From positions 141,732,001-141,796,000 of the forward strand of contig OX597816.1 in assembly GCA_951406725.2 (NCBI GenBank): a stretch of DNA of 64,000 nt, given 5' to 3'. Under the pieces are notes generated by a model. The model searched no databases. It was not told the origin of the DNA and saw only the letters and a list, made by a program, of their open reading frames with translations. Positions 26,021 through 39,280 of the stretch are shown here, piece after piece. A program made the position numbers and the translations under genes. Positions within the stretch are counted from its first letter, which is position 1; each line of letters begins with the position of its first letter. The stretch is from Octopus vulgaris. Its lineage: Eukaryota.

Positions 26021-26211
26021 AGGGAGAATTCACAGAAAAACAAAAGATGAAGACAGGTGGTGTAGAAAGCAAACAGATGTATTAGTATAATGCTCGGGAA
26101 TTGAAAAGGTCTTTTATGTTTTGAGCCTACGCTCTTCCACAGAAAGGAACACAGAAAGAAACAAGGAGAGAAAAAAAATGTGTGTGGTGGCTACCGATCT
26201 ACCATGGCGAC
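26021..26211 (-). mobile_element. Short TA-flanked Penelope-type terminal-repeat element with a degenerate hammerhead-like motif
   Basis: Minus strand cttt-ctgtgga-agagc-gtag-gctc-aaaa-cata-aaag at 26111-26146. Confidence 0.5.
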
Positions 26212-26264
26212 TATATATATATGTATATATAGATATATAAATATATAAATATATACAAATATAT

Positions 26265-26708
26265 TCTTTCATTCCTTTACTTGTGTCAGTCATTTGACTG
26301 TGGCCATGCTGGAGCACTACCTTTTGTCAAACAAATTGACCCCAGAACTTATTTTTTTAAAGCCTAGTACTTATTCTATCATTCACTTTTGCCAAACTGC
26401 TAAGTTATGAGGATGTAAACACACCAACATCAGTTGTCAAGCGAGGGTTGGGGGACAAACACAGACACACAAACATATATACATACATATATAAGTATAT
26501 ATATATATATATATATATATACTTATATATATATATATATATATATACGACGGGCTTCTTTCAGTTTCCGTTTACCAAATCCACTCACAAGGGTTTGGTC
26601 AGCTTGAGACTATAGTAGAAGACATTTGCCCAAGGTGCCTCACAGTGGAACTGAACCCAGAACCATGTAGTTGGGAAGCAAGATTCTTACCACACAGCCA
26701 CGCCTGCA
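26265..26708 (-). mobile_element. tRNA-derived SINE family A
   Basis: Full head-to-tail match with an internal TA tract. Confidence 0.85.
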
Positions 26709-26731
26709 TATATATGTGTGTGTGTGTTTGT

Positions 26732-26803
<72 letters not shown>

Positions 26804-28315
26804 CCATATTCATGCTCATACTGATATACACATATATATATTCTTTACTGCAAGTGTGTTTTCCATGAAGCTCGATATGGTTTCATGATGATGTAGAGAA
26901 GTGGTGAATCAGATCCCAGCAGAATGAGTGTCACAGAAAATATGACAAAAGACCAAGATGATTGTTAACATACTGCATACTACTAGCCTTGTCAAACACA
27001 TAACAAAAAGTAAAAATAACAGTTAAAAGATTGACAAGTGGTGAAGATCAATGTGATACGGTGATGTGTGTGTAAGAGTGTATGTATTTGAGTGTATAAA
27101 ACTGACAGCTCACATATGCTTGACTAAAAAACACAAACATATTTTACCAAAATTCAGTAGAAATTTTGAGATTGGAGCGTGCTAACACAAGTGATAGTTT
27201 ATTATGTATGACATGTGTCATATCAATTGTCTAACATAAATATTCAAAATTTTTGTCTATGTCTTGCTTGTGTGTGTCTTATAAGGAAATAGTTTTGGAT
27301 AGCAGTTTCAACGATTATTTTCGATCTATATTAACACGCACACTGCTGATTTTAGATATAACTCTTTTTAACCTTGACTATATTATTATTACTAAGGGAG
27401 ACTCTGGTTTTTACATTTTATTATTTTTTCATAAATTAAAGCAGCAAGCTGGCAGAATTATTAGCATGCCAGGCAAAATGGCATTTTGCCCACCTTTTAA
27501 TTCTGAGTTCAAAACCTGTTGAAGTTGTCTTTGTCTTTCATCCTTTCAGGGTCATTGAAGTAAGTACCAGTTGAGTACCACCTGAAATTGCTGGCCTTGT
27601 GCCAAAATTTGAAATCATTATTTCTTTGTAAATAAAGTGGTGAGCTGGCAGAATTGTTACTGTGCCAGACAAAATGCTTAGCAACATTTCACTCATCTTT
27701 ACGTTCTGAGTTCTATCAGGGCTAACTTTGCCTTTCATCCTTTTGGGGTCAATGAAATATGTATCAATCGAGCACAGGGGTTGATGTAATCAACTATCTC
27801 TCTCCTACAAAATTTCAGACTTTTTGTCCATAGTAGAAAGGACTACATTTTGTTTTTATAAATCAGTACAGTCAGTAAATAGTACATATCAACAGCCCCA
27901 AACATCAGTTACAGGTGCACAAAGACAAAGTAAGACATTTAATTAGCTCCTTTCAATTACTAATAAGTGCAGCTGTGTGGCTAAGAAGCTTACTTTCCAG
28001 CAACTAGGTTCTGGGTTCAGTCCCACTGTGCAGCACATAGTCTCATGAATGGATTTGGTAGATGGACACTGAAAGTAGCAAATCACACACACATACATGC
28101 ACACACACACACACACACAAACACACATAAAATAAAAGAATTTGTGAATGCAGGAAGGCTGCGAGGGCAGCTTAGAGAATTGGATAAATACCTTTTAGAA
28201 GATGGAAAAAGTGGTCAGCAAGCCTCACAACCTTTTGCAAATTCCTTTATTTTCTGTAGATTACTAACACATGTGGCACTTATAAGTTTGTTTACAATAT
28301 ATATATATATATATG

Positions 28316-28583
28316 TTGCCTGGCCCCATGCCGGTGGCACATAAAAAGCACCATCCATCTGTGGCCGTTTGCCAGCTCCGTCTGGCACCTGCGTGGGTGG
28401 CACGTAAAAAGCACCCACTACACTCACGGAGTGGTTGGCGTTAGGAAGGGCATCCAGCCGTAGAAACACTGCCAGATCAGACTGGGCCTGATGCAGCCTT
28501 CTGGCTTCACAGACCCCAGATGAACCGTCCAACCCATGCTAGCATGGAAAGCGGATGCTAAATGATGATGATGATGATGATGA
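28316..28583 (+). mobile_element. RTE-clade LINE 3' UTR fragment
   Basis: Same 3' end and (GAT)n tail as 19077-19387. Confidence 0.75.
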
Positions 28584-28664
28584 TACACACACACAAAAAC
28601 ACAGGTATGTTGATGCAAACAAGAAAAAGATTCAACATATGAGTATACGTATATGTTTAATAAT

Positions 28665-29054
28665 ATATTGTATTTCAGGATGGTCATTTTTTTTTTGTTT
28701 GCCAAATGAACACATGCTTTATATACGATTTGTATACGATTCGTATTTGTTCTTTACTCATTTATTACTGTTCTTATTCTAACTCATGTCCATTGTCTGG
28801 AAGTCTTTTGTCACACATTTGTGACCTCCTCAGCATGCATTCCGTCTTTGTGTGTGCTCTTGCTCTACTTATTCCATTCCAAGAACAAAATGAAATAAGC
28901 AGAGCAAGAGCACATATGAAGACAGAAAGTGGTGCTGAGGAGGTCATAGATGTGTGACGAAAGAGTTCCAGAAAATGGACATGAGTTAGAATAACAGCAA
29001 TGCATTTATTTGACAAAAAGAAAAAGAAAAATTGACCCTCTCGAAATACAATAT
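28665..29054. mobile_element. About 390-bp foldback (MITE-like) long inverted repeat
   Basis: Inner arms of about 100 bp (28774-28878 vs 28888-28994) around a short loop; outer arms atattgtatttc...ggtca / tgacc...gaaatacaatat. Confidence 0.8.
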
Positions 29055-29355
29055 CTGCTTCAACATACATCAGGAACCTTGCAACACAAATTCACAAATG
29101 TTTATTAATATATATTAATAAACTATATCAAAGGAGTAAGGGTGAATAAATATATTTAGCAAATAACAGAGTAACTCAATGTCCAAGAGTTTTGTGCATT
29201 GGCGCTTATAAAACTGCCACAAGTCAAAGGCCTGTGAATTTAGACCTTCAACCTGTGGCTGGTTTGATAAATGTCAATGCACGAAACTCTCAGACCTTGA
29301 GCCACTCTGCAACTTCTAGTAAACATTAATAAAAATATATATGTATGTATGTATG

Positions 29356-29421
<66 letters not shown>

Positions 29422-30536
29422 TGCGTGTAAATGTGTGTGTGTGTTGTGTGAGCTGGTGTCCTCTTGTATGCACAAACCTCACTCCCCCACACAACGGGCT
29501 TCTTTTAGTTTCCTTCTATTAAATCTACCCACTTGCCCAATGTGTCGTGTAGTGGACTGAACCTGAGCTCACAAGGTTGGAAAGTAAGCGTCTCAACCAC
29601 TCAGCACTATTTGCATCTACAAGGGAGTTAATATGACACACCATCAAATAGCATATTTTGAACCAACAAGAGTGGGGTACTTACATGGTTACTTGACCAA
29701 TTAGAATTAGAAGACAAACTTCCTTTAAACTACACATAGAAGGAATGATGCACAGAATCACATACAATAAATTAATGACTGGAATACCTGTATGGTCTTC
29801 TGCTAGAAGGCGATAAGGTATATGTGAAACAATATATCTGTGGATAGTGTTTAGTCAATTGATTGAATGCCTATATGACCCCTTGTATAATAGGTTTGCT
29901 TGATCAGGACTGACCTGGGGCTAAACAATAACCACAACAATATCAAACTTATATTTCACCCTTAAACATCACATAACCAAAGATTTAATCAGCATTCTCT
30001 ATTGCTTAGCAACTTGATAAAAGTTAATGCCTGTTCATCACTCAACCGTATCTAATTATGGCATATTAGCTATCACTAGCCATTGGAACATGATAGCAAT
30101 TGAGTAGCTACTGACAGACGCTAATCAAAATTTGATTACCATTCTGGATAAATGAATAGCTGTTTGGCACCATCAATAAAACATGTAAATAATTCATCTG
30201 ACTTTAGAACTACATCATAATGCATACATTATCAATCGTTCATTAATGAAGAATCCTAACAGACTGTCTTTCATATACTAAATTATACGAAGCCTATTAG
30301 TAACTGTTTGGTTTGAGGTGTCTTTCATTATAATAGTATTAGATAACATAGCTGCTAAAGTATTCCATATACTGAAGACATTGCGAATGTTTATTAAATA
30401 AATGTTTTAAGCTAAGACGAGAATTATCTATTGATGGACAACTCTTAGATGGAAGGAAGACAATGTCTTTCTAAAGATGTCCCATTAGGTTTGTGATTTA
30501 ACGGAGTTAGTTTTAATGACACTTGAAAGATATCAA

Positions 30537-30585
<49 letters not shown>

Positions 30586-30736
30586 TATATACATACACCA
30601 CATACATATATGTATATATGTATGTATATACATACACACACATACATATATATAGATATATATGATTTATAAATATATACATGCATGATTGATATATACA
30701 TATATGTATGCATGTATATATGAATATGTGTGTGTG

Positions 30737-30824
<88 letters not shown>

Positions 30825-31650
30825 ACACACACATAACTATGTACAAAGGCAGCGTATTCTTTAACTGTTTCATTTCACAGATAAATGTTTTCATTGAAGA
30901 GAATATAAATATTTTCATCATCTTTACATCAGTGCACACTCATACATGTAAAAATACATTTACATATAAACATGCACAAACACACACTTCTAGATAACAG
31001 ATAAATGCTAACAATTGAAAAAAATATAATGGAAAAATAAAAAGACTTAATAATGCATAAAATCATAAAAAATAACCCATAAAAGGACACAGAAATAGCA
31101 GTTTAATTCTCAATGAAAAGATTTATTTAAAGAATGAGCAGAATTTGATATTAGATGTAAAATATATCATTAAACTTGTATTAATATGGATATGGGAATG
31201 GGAAGATGATAACATAGAGTATGAGAGATATGTGAATTGTATAGATCAATATAACACTGTTAGATTTGACAAGAGAATGTAGTTTTATTGATGTAGTTTT
31301 ACTGGGGGGAAAAAATACTTTCATTTCTGAAGTTGGAAAATATTCTATATTCCACTTCCTTCATAACCCCATAAGTTTAGTTCCATGCTATTCCACAAAT
31401 GTCTTGTCAATCTCATAAACTTATTTTATCTCAAATGTTTTGGTTTTTTTTCCCCTGGTTCACTTGACACTGTAGAAGTGGTTCAATAAATTGTTATAAT
31501 GTAGTTTCAGTATTATTTCAGAAAACTTACTTGAAACACTAGTTTATTGCAAACCTTTACCTTTGTTCTTATATGTGATGGCAATTTATTAGTCGGAGCT
31601 AATGTGTAAAGAAAACAGCCATCTTACTGATAAAATACGACTGGCCTCAC

Positions 31651-31682
31651 CTCAACAGTTTAAAGTGATTGCCTTGGTTAGT
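31651..31682 (-). CDS. Candidate micro-exon TNQGNHFKLL(R)
   Basis: Acceptor cttctacatcattgcatAG, donor GAG|GTgagg; phase 0 to 2 joins 13081-13233 to read HFKLLRQYLNS. Confidence 0.3.
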
Positions 31683-34419
31683 CTATGCAATGATGTAGAA
31701 GCAACCATTAGATCATACAACAGTCTTATAGTATTATAGTTGAAAATCTACAAACTAGAGATCTGCTGTATTTTTAGTGAAAGTAAAAGCCACGTAGAAG
31801 AATACTTTGTTGAGTAATAAATGTGGTGATCTAATTTATTACTTGGTAACTTTTAAACAATGGTATTATTTCTGCAAGAGAGCTTAAACAAAGCTGAGCG
31901 ATATTTTATAATAACTGCTATGATCAGAATTTCTAGTGAGGAAGAACATATAAATAATAAATTTCATTTGAAATAGTTCAAAACCAATGACAACCCTGGC
32001 TGTGATGATTATAATCAGATGTGCATTACCTTTCCCTATGGAAAATTCTTTTGGGCCTATCTTTTTGAAAAGTAAGACAAAATCCTAGGAGGGGGCCTTC
32101 AGGGTCATTGCACTTTCAAGGTAGGCAAACATATGATGAAGATGATGATGACAAGGTGGAGGGGAGGAGGAGAGGGGTAGAGAAAAAGGAAAAAGAATGT
32201 AGTCATAATATATCTTAAATAATTCATAGTGAGTAGCAACTGCTTAATTTGCTAATCTATTAGTAGTGTTAGTGAAGGGGTATGACTTAGTAGTTAGGGT
32301 ATTTGGCTCATGATTGCAAGATCATGAGTTTGATTCCTGGTGACACATTGTGTCCTTGAGCAAGACGCTTTATTTCATGTTACTTCAGTCAACTCAGTTG
32401 GCAAAAATGAGTAGTATCTGTATTTCAAAGGACTGGTCCTGTCACACTCTGTGTCATGCTGGATCTCCCTGTGAACTACATTAAGGGTACACATGTCTGT
32501 GATGTGCTTTGCTAAGAACACAAGGCACTGCCCATTCCAGGAATTGATACTATATTGTTGTGCTTTTAGTCCATGTATATATATATAATAGTTACTAATC
32601 ATTATATACTTGGTGCATATGTAGGTATGTATATATGTGTATGTGTGTGTGTGTGTGTGTGTATGTGTGTGGGCATAATGTTTACATTCTGTGTGATGTT
32701 GCAGGACATTGCTTGTGTGTTTGTGTAAAAAAAACAAAAAAAAAAACAAAAGACAGTGATGTCATGCTCATGTGAATAACACATCCTGTCTCTTTTGTGT
32801 TTTACATTGGTGACATCCAATGGAATCCAAAATCAGGTGAGAGCCAGCAACGAGAAAGGCATATTACCTCAAATATATCTCTGTCCACCCATGCCATTAT
32901 GGAAAAAAAATAGACATTGTTATCATCATCGTTGTCATTGTTGCTGTTGTTGTCATCATCAACAACAGCATTTTAATATTCACCATTCCATGTTTGCATA
33001 GATCAGAGTTTATTAAGGCAGATTTTTGACTATTGAATGACTTCATGTAACCAACTGTTACATGCCCAAGGTGTGAGATAAACCTGAAATGATGTGGTTG
33101 GAAAGCAAACTTAACTACACAGCAATTCCTGCACCTCATAGAATGAAACAACAGTCAAATCTCCCTCAAGTCACATCCTACTGTCTTGAGAAGGAAGGAC
33201 ACATCAAATAATGTACTTGTAAATATATGTCTGAACAAAAAGTATGAGCTAGTCAAATACAACTGGAACACTAGTAGTGATTGGTTTATTGGCTCTGACT
33301 AAGGATTAATTATAAATTAAGAGTGAAAGGTGATTGTAAATGTAGAACCAGAAGTATCTCAGACTTCTGGATTTTTTCAGTTTTCTGGAGACAGTCTAAA
33401 TATACTTAAAATATAAAATAAACTATGAAAAGTAAAGAACTAAATTGTATTTAACAAATTCAAATTAACACTCTTTTAAAGCAGGGTCAGTTTGGTATTT
33501 ATGAATTCACTTAAAATTCTTGAAATATATCATACTGTACTAGGAGGTGCATGGCTTAGTGGTTAGGGTGTTGGACTCATGATTGTAAGATTGTGGTTTC
33601 AATTTCTGGACCATGGCATGTATTGTTTTCTTGAGCCAAACACTTAATTTCAAGTTACTCCAGTCCACTCAGCTGGAAAAAATTACTAATTCTGTGACAG
33701 ACTAGTGTCCCATCCAGGTGCAGAATATATACGCCAACGAAACCAGGTAACTTGCTCTTATGAATTGACATGACTCCAGAAGATAACTTTACCTTTATGT
33801 ATACAGTATAATGTTTAGAGGATGAAAATTAAATGAAGTAAAGAACATGATTTTATTTAACCAATACAGGTACAAATTAATACAATTCTAATATAGAGTA
33901 TGTTTAATCTTTATCAATCCATTTAAAAAAGTAGAGAACAAAACTATTTTTAACACACTGGATGCAAATCAATGAACTTCAAAATCAGGGTAGATTTACT
34001 CAACACAGGGTACAGTATGTTGCATGATATTGCACAGTGTTCCCAGATATCTGGAAGTCGGCTAAGTGGTCCAGTACTGTATACACATTTTATTTATTGT
34101 AAATGTAAGCTGACTAATGGAGGAAATATGTGACTAAGATGAATCAAACTATAACAAAACACAACTGTTTTGTTGTTCTGGACATTTTCCAGAGATATTC
34201 TTTTGTTGTTGTTGCTTTTTCATTCTGAGAATAAAATGAGAATTCAAAGAAAACTGAAATGTTTTTCTGGAAATGAAAAGAGTTCACAAGAAACAGATTG
34301 TTTTCTTTCTTTATTTTCTTTTTTCTGTAGTTGTATAAACGGATAGAATTATACTTTAATTATCGATCATCAGATGGTTATCTCACATGTCCAAACATAA
34401 GACTTTTTACTTTATCATT

Positions 34420-34623
34420 GGTAGAACCATTAGCACATTGCACCAAACGCCTTGCAATATTTGTTCTGGCTGTTTACATACGGAGTTCAAATCCCATAGA
34501 AAAAGTGAACTTTGTCTTTCATTCCTTTGGAATCAGTGAAATAAAGTGCCAGTTTAGTACTAGAGTCAACAGTATCAGCACCCTCCCCTCAAAATTGCTA
34601 GCCTTGTGCCAAAATTAGAAAGA

Positions 34624-34655
<32 letters not shown>

Positions 34656-35190
34656 CACCACCACTACTAGAGTAGTGAGCTGGCAGAATGGTCGGCGCAT
34701 TGGGAAAAATGCTTAGCACCATTTTGTCCCACTTCATGTTTTGAGTTCAAAATTGATCAAAGTTGACTTTGCCTTTCATCTTTTTTGGAGTCAAATACCA
34801 GTTAAGCACTGGGTTTGATGTAATCAATGTTCCTGCCTCTCCTATAAATTTCAGGCCTTGTACCTATAGTAGAAAAGATTATGCTTATCATTATTAGTTG
34901 ACGAGCTGACAGAATTGTTAGCATATCAGACAATATGCTTAGTGATATTTCAGCTGTCTTTATGTTCTGGGTAGTGAGCTTGACAGAATTGTTAGCATGT
35001 TGGGTGGAATGCTTAGCAGTATTTCATCTGCCACTACGATCTGAGTTCAAATTCCATCAAGGTCGACTTTTCCTTTCATCCTTTCAGGGTCAATAAATTA
35101 AGTACCAATTGAGTACTGGGATCAATGTAATTGACTTAACCCCTCCCCGCCAAATTTCCGGCTTTTTGCCTATAGTAGAAAGGATTATTA
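34420..35190 (+). mobile_element. Head-to-tail cluster of family B SINEs
   Basis: About four copies of the gagctggcagaa...gactttgcctttcatc...aagtaccag pattern separated by ACT/ATT repeats. Confidence 0.8.
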
Positions 35191-35508
35191 TTGAAGAATT
35201 TATTAAAATAAAGTTGTTATTATTAGGCTAGTGTCTGAAATACAAATTAACAAGAAATTTTGATGGTGGTTTTAATTTAGACCACTTTAAGACAGTGAAT
35301 TTGTATCAGAGAACCATGGGCAGTTTGAGGCAGGTTGGTATCAAAAGGGTTAACTATGTTTCAGATATTTTAATTTAAAGAATACAATCCAGATGAAAAA
35401 CTAATTTATTTTTCATTTTCAATTTTATGGCATCCAGTTTAAAATAGCAATCATCCAGTTGTTAAAGACGAGAAGGAGATACATTTAAAAGCTATTTGGT
35501 AGAATACT

Positions 35509-35737
35509 TTAACCCTTTAGCATTTAATCCGGCCATATCCAGCGCAAATTTTCAACCTGTATCATGTTACGAACTGACCAGATCCAACCTCTCACACCTC
35601 CCCTGCAATATCATTCTGAAAATGTACAAACACACCATCGAAAGCTTGAAGGAGCAGGATATTGTGTGATTAATTCAAGACTATGTAAATAAATAAGCAA
35701 TACATGTAACAAAGAAATCTGAATGTTAAAGGGTTAA
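35509..35737. mobile_element. piggyBac-type MITE
   Basis: TTAA on both sides (35509-35512, 35734-35737) and TIRs ccctttagcatt / aatgttaaaggg. Confidence 0.8.
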
Positions 35738-36020
35738 GGGCTTCAAAAGGATCAACATAATCACATGTTTCATTTTATATCCAAAACAAATACATTACAA
35801 TTACTCTATTAAAGGAAATAATTCCAGGGTTGCACTAGGATAATGTGGGTTTTGGCTGTGTTGAGCAGTAGCTAAAGTGACCATCCCCTTTCTTAAATGT
35901 ATTAAATGTAGCATACTTTCAAATGCAACAAACACACATATGTAAAGTGGCCACACTGTGTGCTACCCCACACTATGCTACTGCAGAGTTGTTACTCATA
36001 ACATGTAGTATATATAATAG

Positions 36021-36360
36021 TATGTTTTGCCCCTGGGTCAATTATACTACCCATCTAATAACCTGAGTCTCAATGCCTATGACTATGTAAATCATTTTTG
36101 TACCCATATAACATTCCATAGGGGGTATGCAGATATTTTGAAAATACATGTGACGACCTGTATAGTTATGGTCTGCCCTTTGGAAAGTTATGTTTTGTCC
36201 CTGGGCCAATTATACTACCCATCTAATAACCTGAGTCTCAATGCCTATGACTATGTAAATCATTTTTGTACCCATATAACATTCCATAGGGGGGTATACA
36301 GATATTTTGAAAATACATGTGATGGCCTGTATAGTTATGGTCTGCCCTTTGGTAAGTTAT
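36021..36360. repeat. Tandem duplication, unit about 168 bp, two copies
   Basis: tatgttttgYccctggg...ggtctgccctttgg repeated at 36021 and 36189 with few mismatches. Confidence 0.9.
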
Positions 36361-38342
36361 AGCACCCACTCAGCTGCCAGGGATGACAACATCATGGGAC
36401 TGCAGCATGGCTGATTGTGAAGAGATAGTGGAAGAGCTCAACTGAGCCAAGAGTGCTTCCTACATTGATCAACTGTCAGGATCACCAAACTCTATCAAGA
36501 GAGTAACTGCAATGCATCCATAGGGTTGGCATCCATGGTTGTATAATCAGCTAATGAAAGATTCACTATGACTCAAGCTCCCAATTCAAATTCATAATAA
36601 TGGAATTGAATGACGACACAGTGATCGGAATCCAGGAAAGCAGTGCGACCAAAAAAAAAAAAAAACATTCCACAGAATTTACTAACATATAATTTTTAAA
36701 TGTCTGCTAATCAACCTCAATAATTAGGATGCTAAATGTGTTCATGGCAAGAAAGAAAATTCCATAACTAACTATGGTGACAAATTCAACAAAGAAATAC
36801 ATGACAGAAGTACAGATTACTGGATAGGTTTTCAAGATCAGTATTGATTTTCAGACTTAGTAATAATCTCTTTGTTTAATTCTTTCTTCATAGAACTAGG
36901 TCCCTTTGTAGCTTCCTATCAGCCAATGTTTCCTCCATATTACTAACATAAGTTTAAGTTAAATATTATCCACATATTTCTTACTTAGTTTTCTTTATAC
37001 CCCAGGATAGGAGGCTTTGAAAAAGAAAGAAAGGAAGGAAGGAAGAAAGAGACTTTCTCTTCCTAAATCTCACCATAGTTTTGTGTGCTATATCCCTGTC
37101 AAGTCACATGACTCTTTCTGTTCTAGTTTTGCTTGAAAACTAAAGTGGGAGGGAAAAAACTGGCTCCATTACTACTCTACAGTTGAGTGGTTAGCAGTAG
37201 GAAAAACATCCATCCAGCTGTAAAGAAAATTATTCCAACATAAGCCAACTCATCCATGCAAAGCATGGAAAAATGGATGTAAGATACTAAACAACAAACA
37301 AACAAAACTAAAAGCAAAAAACAAGAAAATAAGCATGTGGGTGGGAAGAGCATTAAAGTAGGATGTTTCAAATCTTCAGTTGAGGCTGTTTTTAAGAATA
37401 TGTTTATCTGAAAGAAGATTTCTGATAAGGAAATACATTATCATTGACATATAATATAAAATCTGAGTGAACAAAAGAATTCTTCCTCAAATTCTTGAAT
37501 ATTTGTTGGTTGGAGATAATATGTAGTATCATAAAGTTGGGTTACCCGTACCCCACCCAGAAAAATATGGGAGTCAGAAATGATAGTGAATACATATATA
37601 TATATATATTGGTGAAAGGAGTGAAAAGGCATTTAATTTATTCACAAGGATAGTCATGTGCTTGACAGTGAGAAGAATAGTTTTTTTCTCCTGTCTAGCA
37701 AATTAAACATGGCTGAAACTGAAGGATTCCTTCCAAAACTTCTAAAACATTCCAAACAAAATCTTCATGCTGATATAGCTTTCCTGTTTCTCAACAGCCA
37801 TCTTAAAACAGTCTTCACATTCTAACTGTGAGGATCTTGCTTCCTAGCCACATAGTTTCAGGTTCAGTCCCACTGCAAGGCACCTTGGGCAAGTACCTTC
37901 TGCTATAGCCTCAGACCAACCAAAGCCTTGTGATTGAATCTGGTAGGTGGAAGTTATTGTCATGTGTGTGTAAGTGCATGTGACTCCTAACAGAGAGGGG
38001 AAAATGCATTCTTCCTTACAAACTAAAGACAAAGGAAATTACCTGAGAAATTTTAGCAACTAAAGAACTGATACATGTAGTTGTTTTCAGGAGAATTTTG
38101 AAAATGGAAAACATTTCTGTGATATTTCTAAACTGTATTTAAGGTAATTTAAAAGATAGCTTGTGTAAGCAAACATCACCTGAATGTGATAAGCAGAGAT
38201 ATAAACAGATAAAATATCGGAGTTAATATGGCATACAATAGCTTGTATACTTTAGAAATCTCAGTCTAATAGAAATCAATGTTATAAAACAATGATGTTG
38301 TTGCCATTATCTCAAAAGCAATTAATATTTGTACAACATTGG

Positions 38343-38438
38343 CTATGTTGTCAGATTTATGAGCGGCTTTCTTAATGAAGTGAAGCATGAAAAATTTGCC
38401 ACAGATGGCCAAAAAATTTTTGAAACGTAGAAAATTGC
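38343..38438 (-). CDS. Candidate exon of the GREB1-like gene, frame ambiguous (AIFYVSKIFWPSVANFSCFTSLRKPLINLTT* or GNFLRFKNFLAICGKFFMLHFIKK...)
   Basis: Acceptor ttagtcatctcAG; both frames loosely echo the recalled GREB1 CRFNRFSVMKK segment; donor not resolved. Confidence 0.3.
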   Translation of the reverse strand, partial: AIFYVSKIFWPSVANFSCFTSLRKPLINLTT

Positions 38439-38550
38439 CTGAGATGACTAAAACTTTAGGATGTGATATTACCACTAATGTAAATTTTATGTCAATAGAT
38501 TCAAATGATGTGAAAGAATTAAGAAATATAAGGATAGCCAAAATATTAAC

Positions 38551-38625
<75 letters not shown>

Positions 38626-38626
<1 letters not shown>

Positions 38627-39006
38627 CCCTGATGCAGTACCAGGCAGTGGCTCTCATGGCTTCTGATCTTAACTGATTGGAAGTGTTATCATGTACATTG
38701 TTTTGTCTTGGTATAAAAGATGGGCTACAGCAAATATTCTGCTCAATACCACAGATTTGCTTGTCAGTTGCTTGACCATAACCAGTTGAGCGGGATGGGC
38801 TACTCAACCTGAAGAAAATTCTAACTGGGCCCCACCTGCAAGGTCATGTGCTGTTTATCTTGATATGAGATCACCATGTCGCGCACATATGGTTGTGATG
38901 TATGTGCCTGGTGTACCTTTATCAGACGGGTAGTCATGATGGGTATATTGGGCTTCGTATATTTTACCCCAGTGTCACTTTGATGGCATGAACTGCTCTC
39001 TCACTC
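38626..39006 (+). mobile_element. (AAT)n-flanked non-coding retroposon with an internal deletion
   Basis: AAT tracts on both sides; lacks 173 bp present in 47861-48281. Confidence 0.8.
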
Positions 39007-39038
<32 letters not shown>

Positions 39039-39280
39039 TTTCAAATTTTGGTAGAAGGTCAGCAATATCAGGGGTGGGGGTAAGTTGATTACATCAACCC
39101 AGTGTTTAGCTAGTACTTATTTTATCAACCCCCAAATCAATGAAAGGCAAAGTGGAGCTTGGTGGAATTTGAACTCAGAATATAAAGACGAATGAAATGC
39201 CACTAAGTATTTTCTCTGGCATGCTAATGATTCTGCCAGCTTGCTGCCTTTATAATAATGATAATAATAATAATAATAAT

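Noticed and set aside
28128-28255. Short segment with imperfect terminal inverted repeats and an open frame
   Set aside because: Too short and diverged to classify; possibly a MITE relic
31651-31747. Longer minus-strand reading IFNYNTIRLLYDLMVASTSLHRLTKAITLNC-TGA as a possible selenocysteine codon
   Set aside because: No SECIS identified, and a shorter exon in another frame explains the donor without a stop
34331-34420. Strong + strand polypyrimidine/AG followed by LYKRIELYFNYRSSDG
   Set aside because: Weak donor, runs into a SINE, and no partner + strand exons found
37441-37632. Protein-like minus-strand ORF (FLGGVRVTQLYDTTYYLQPTNIQEFEEEFF)
   Set aside because: No AG acceptor at a suitable position; it cannot be placed in the exon chain
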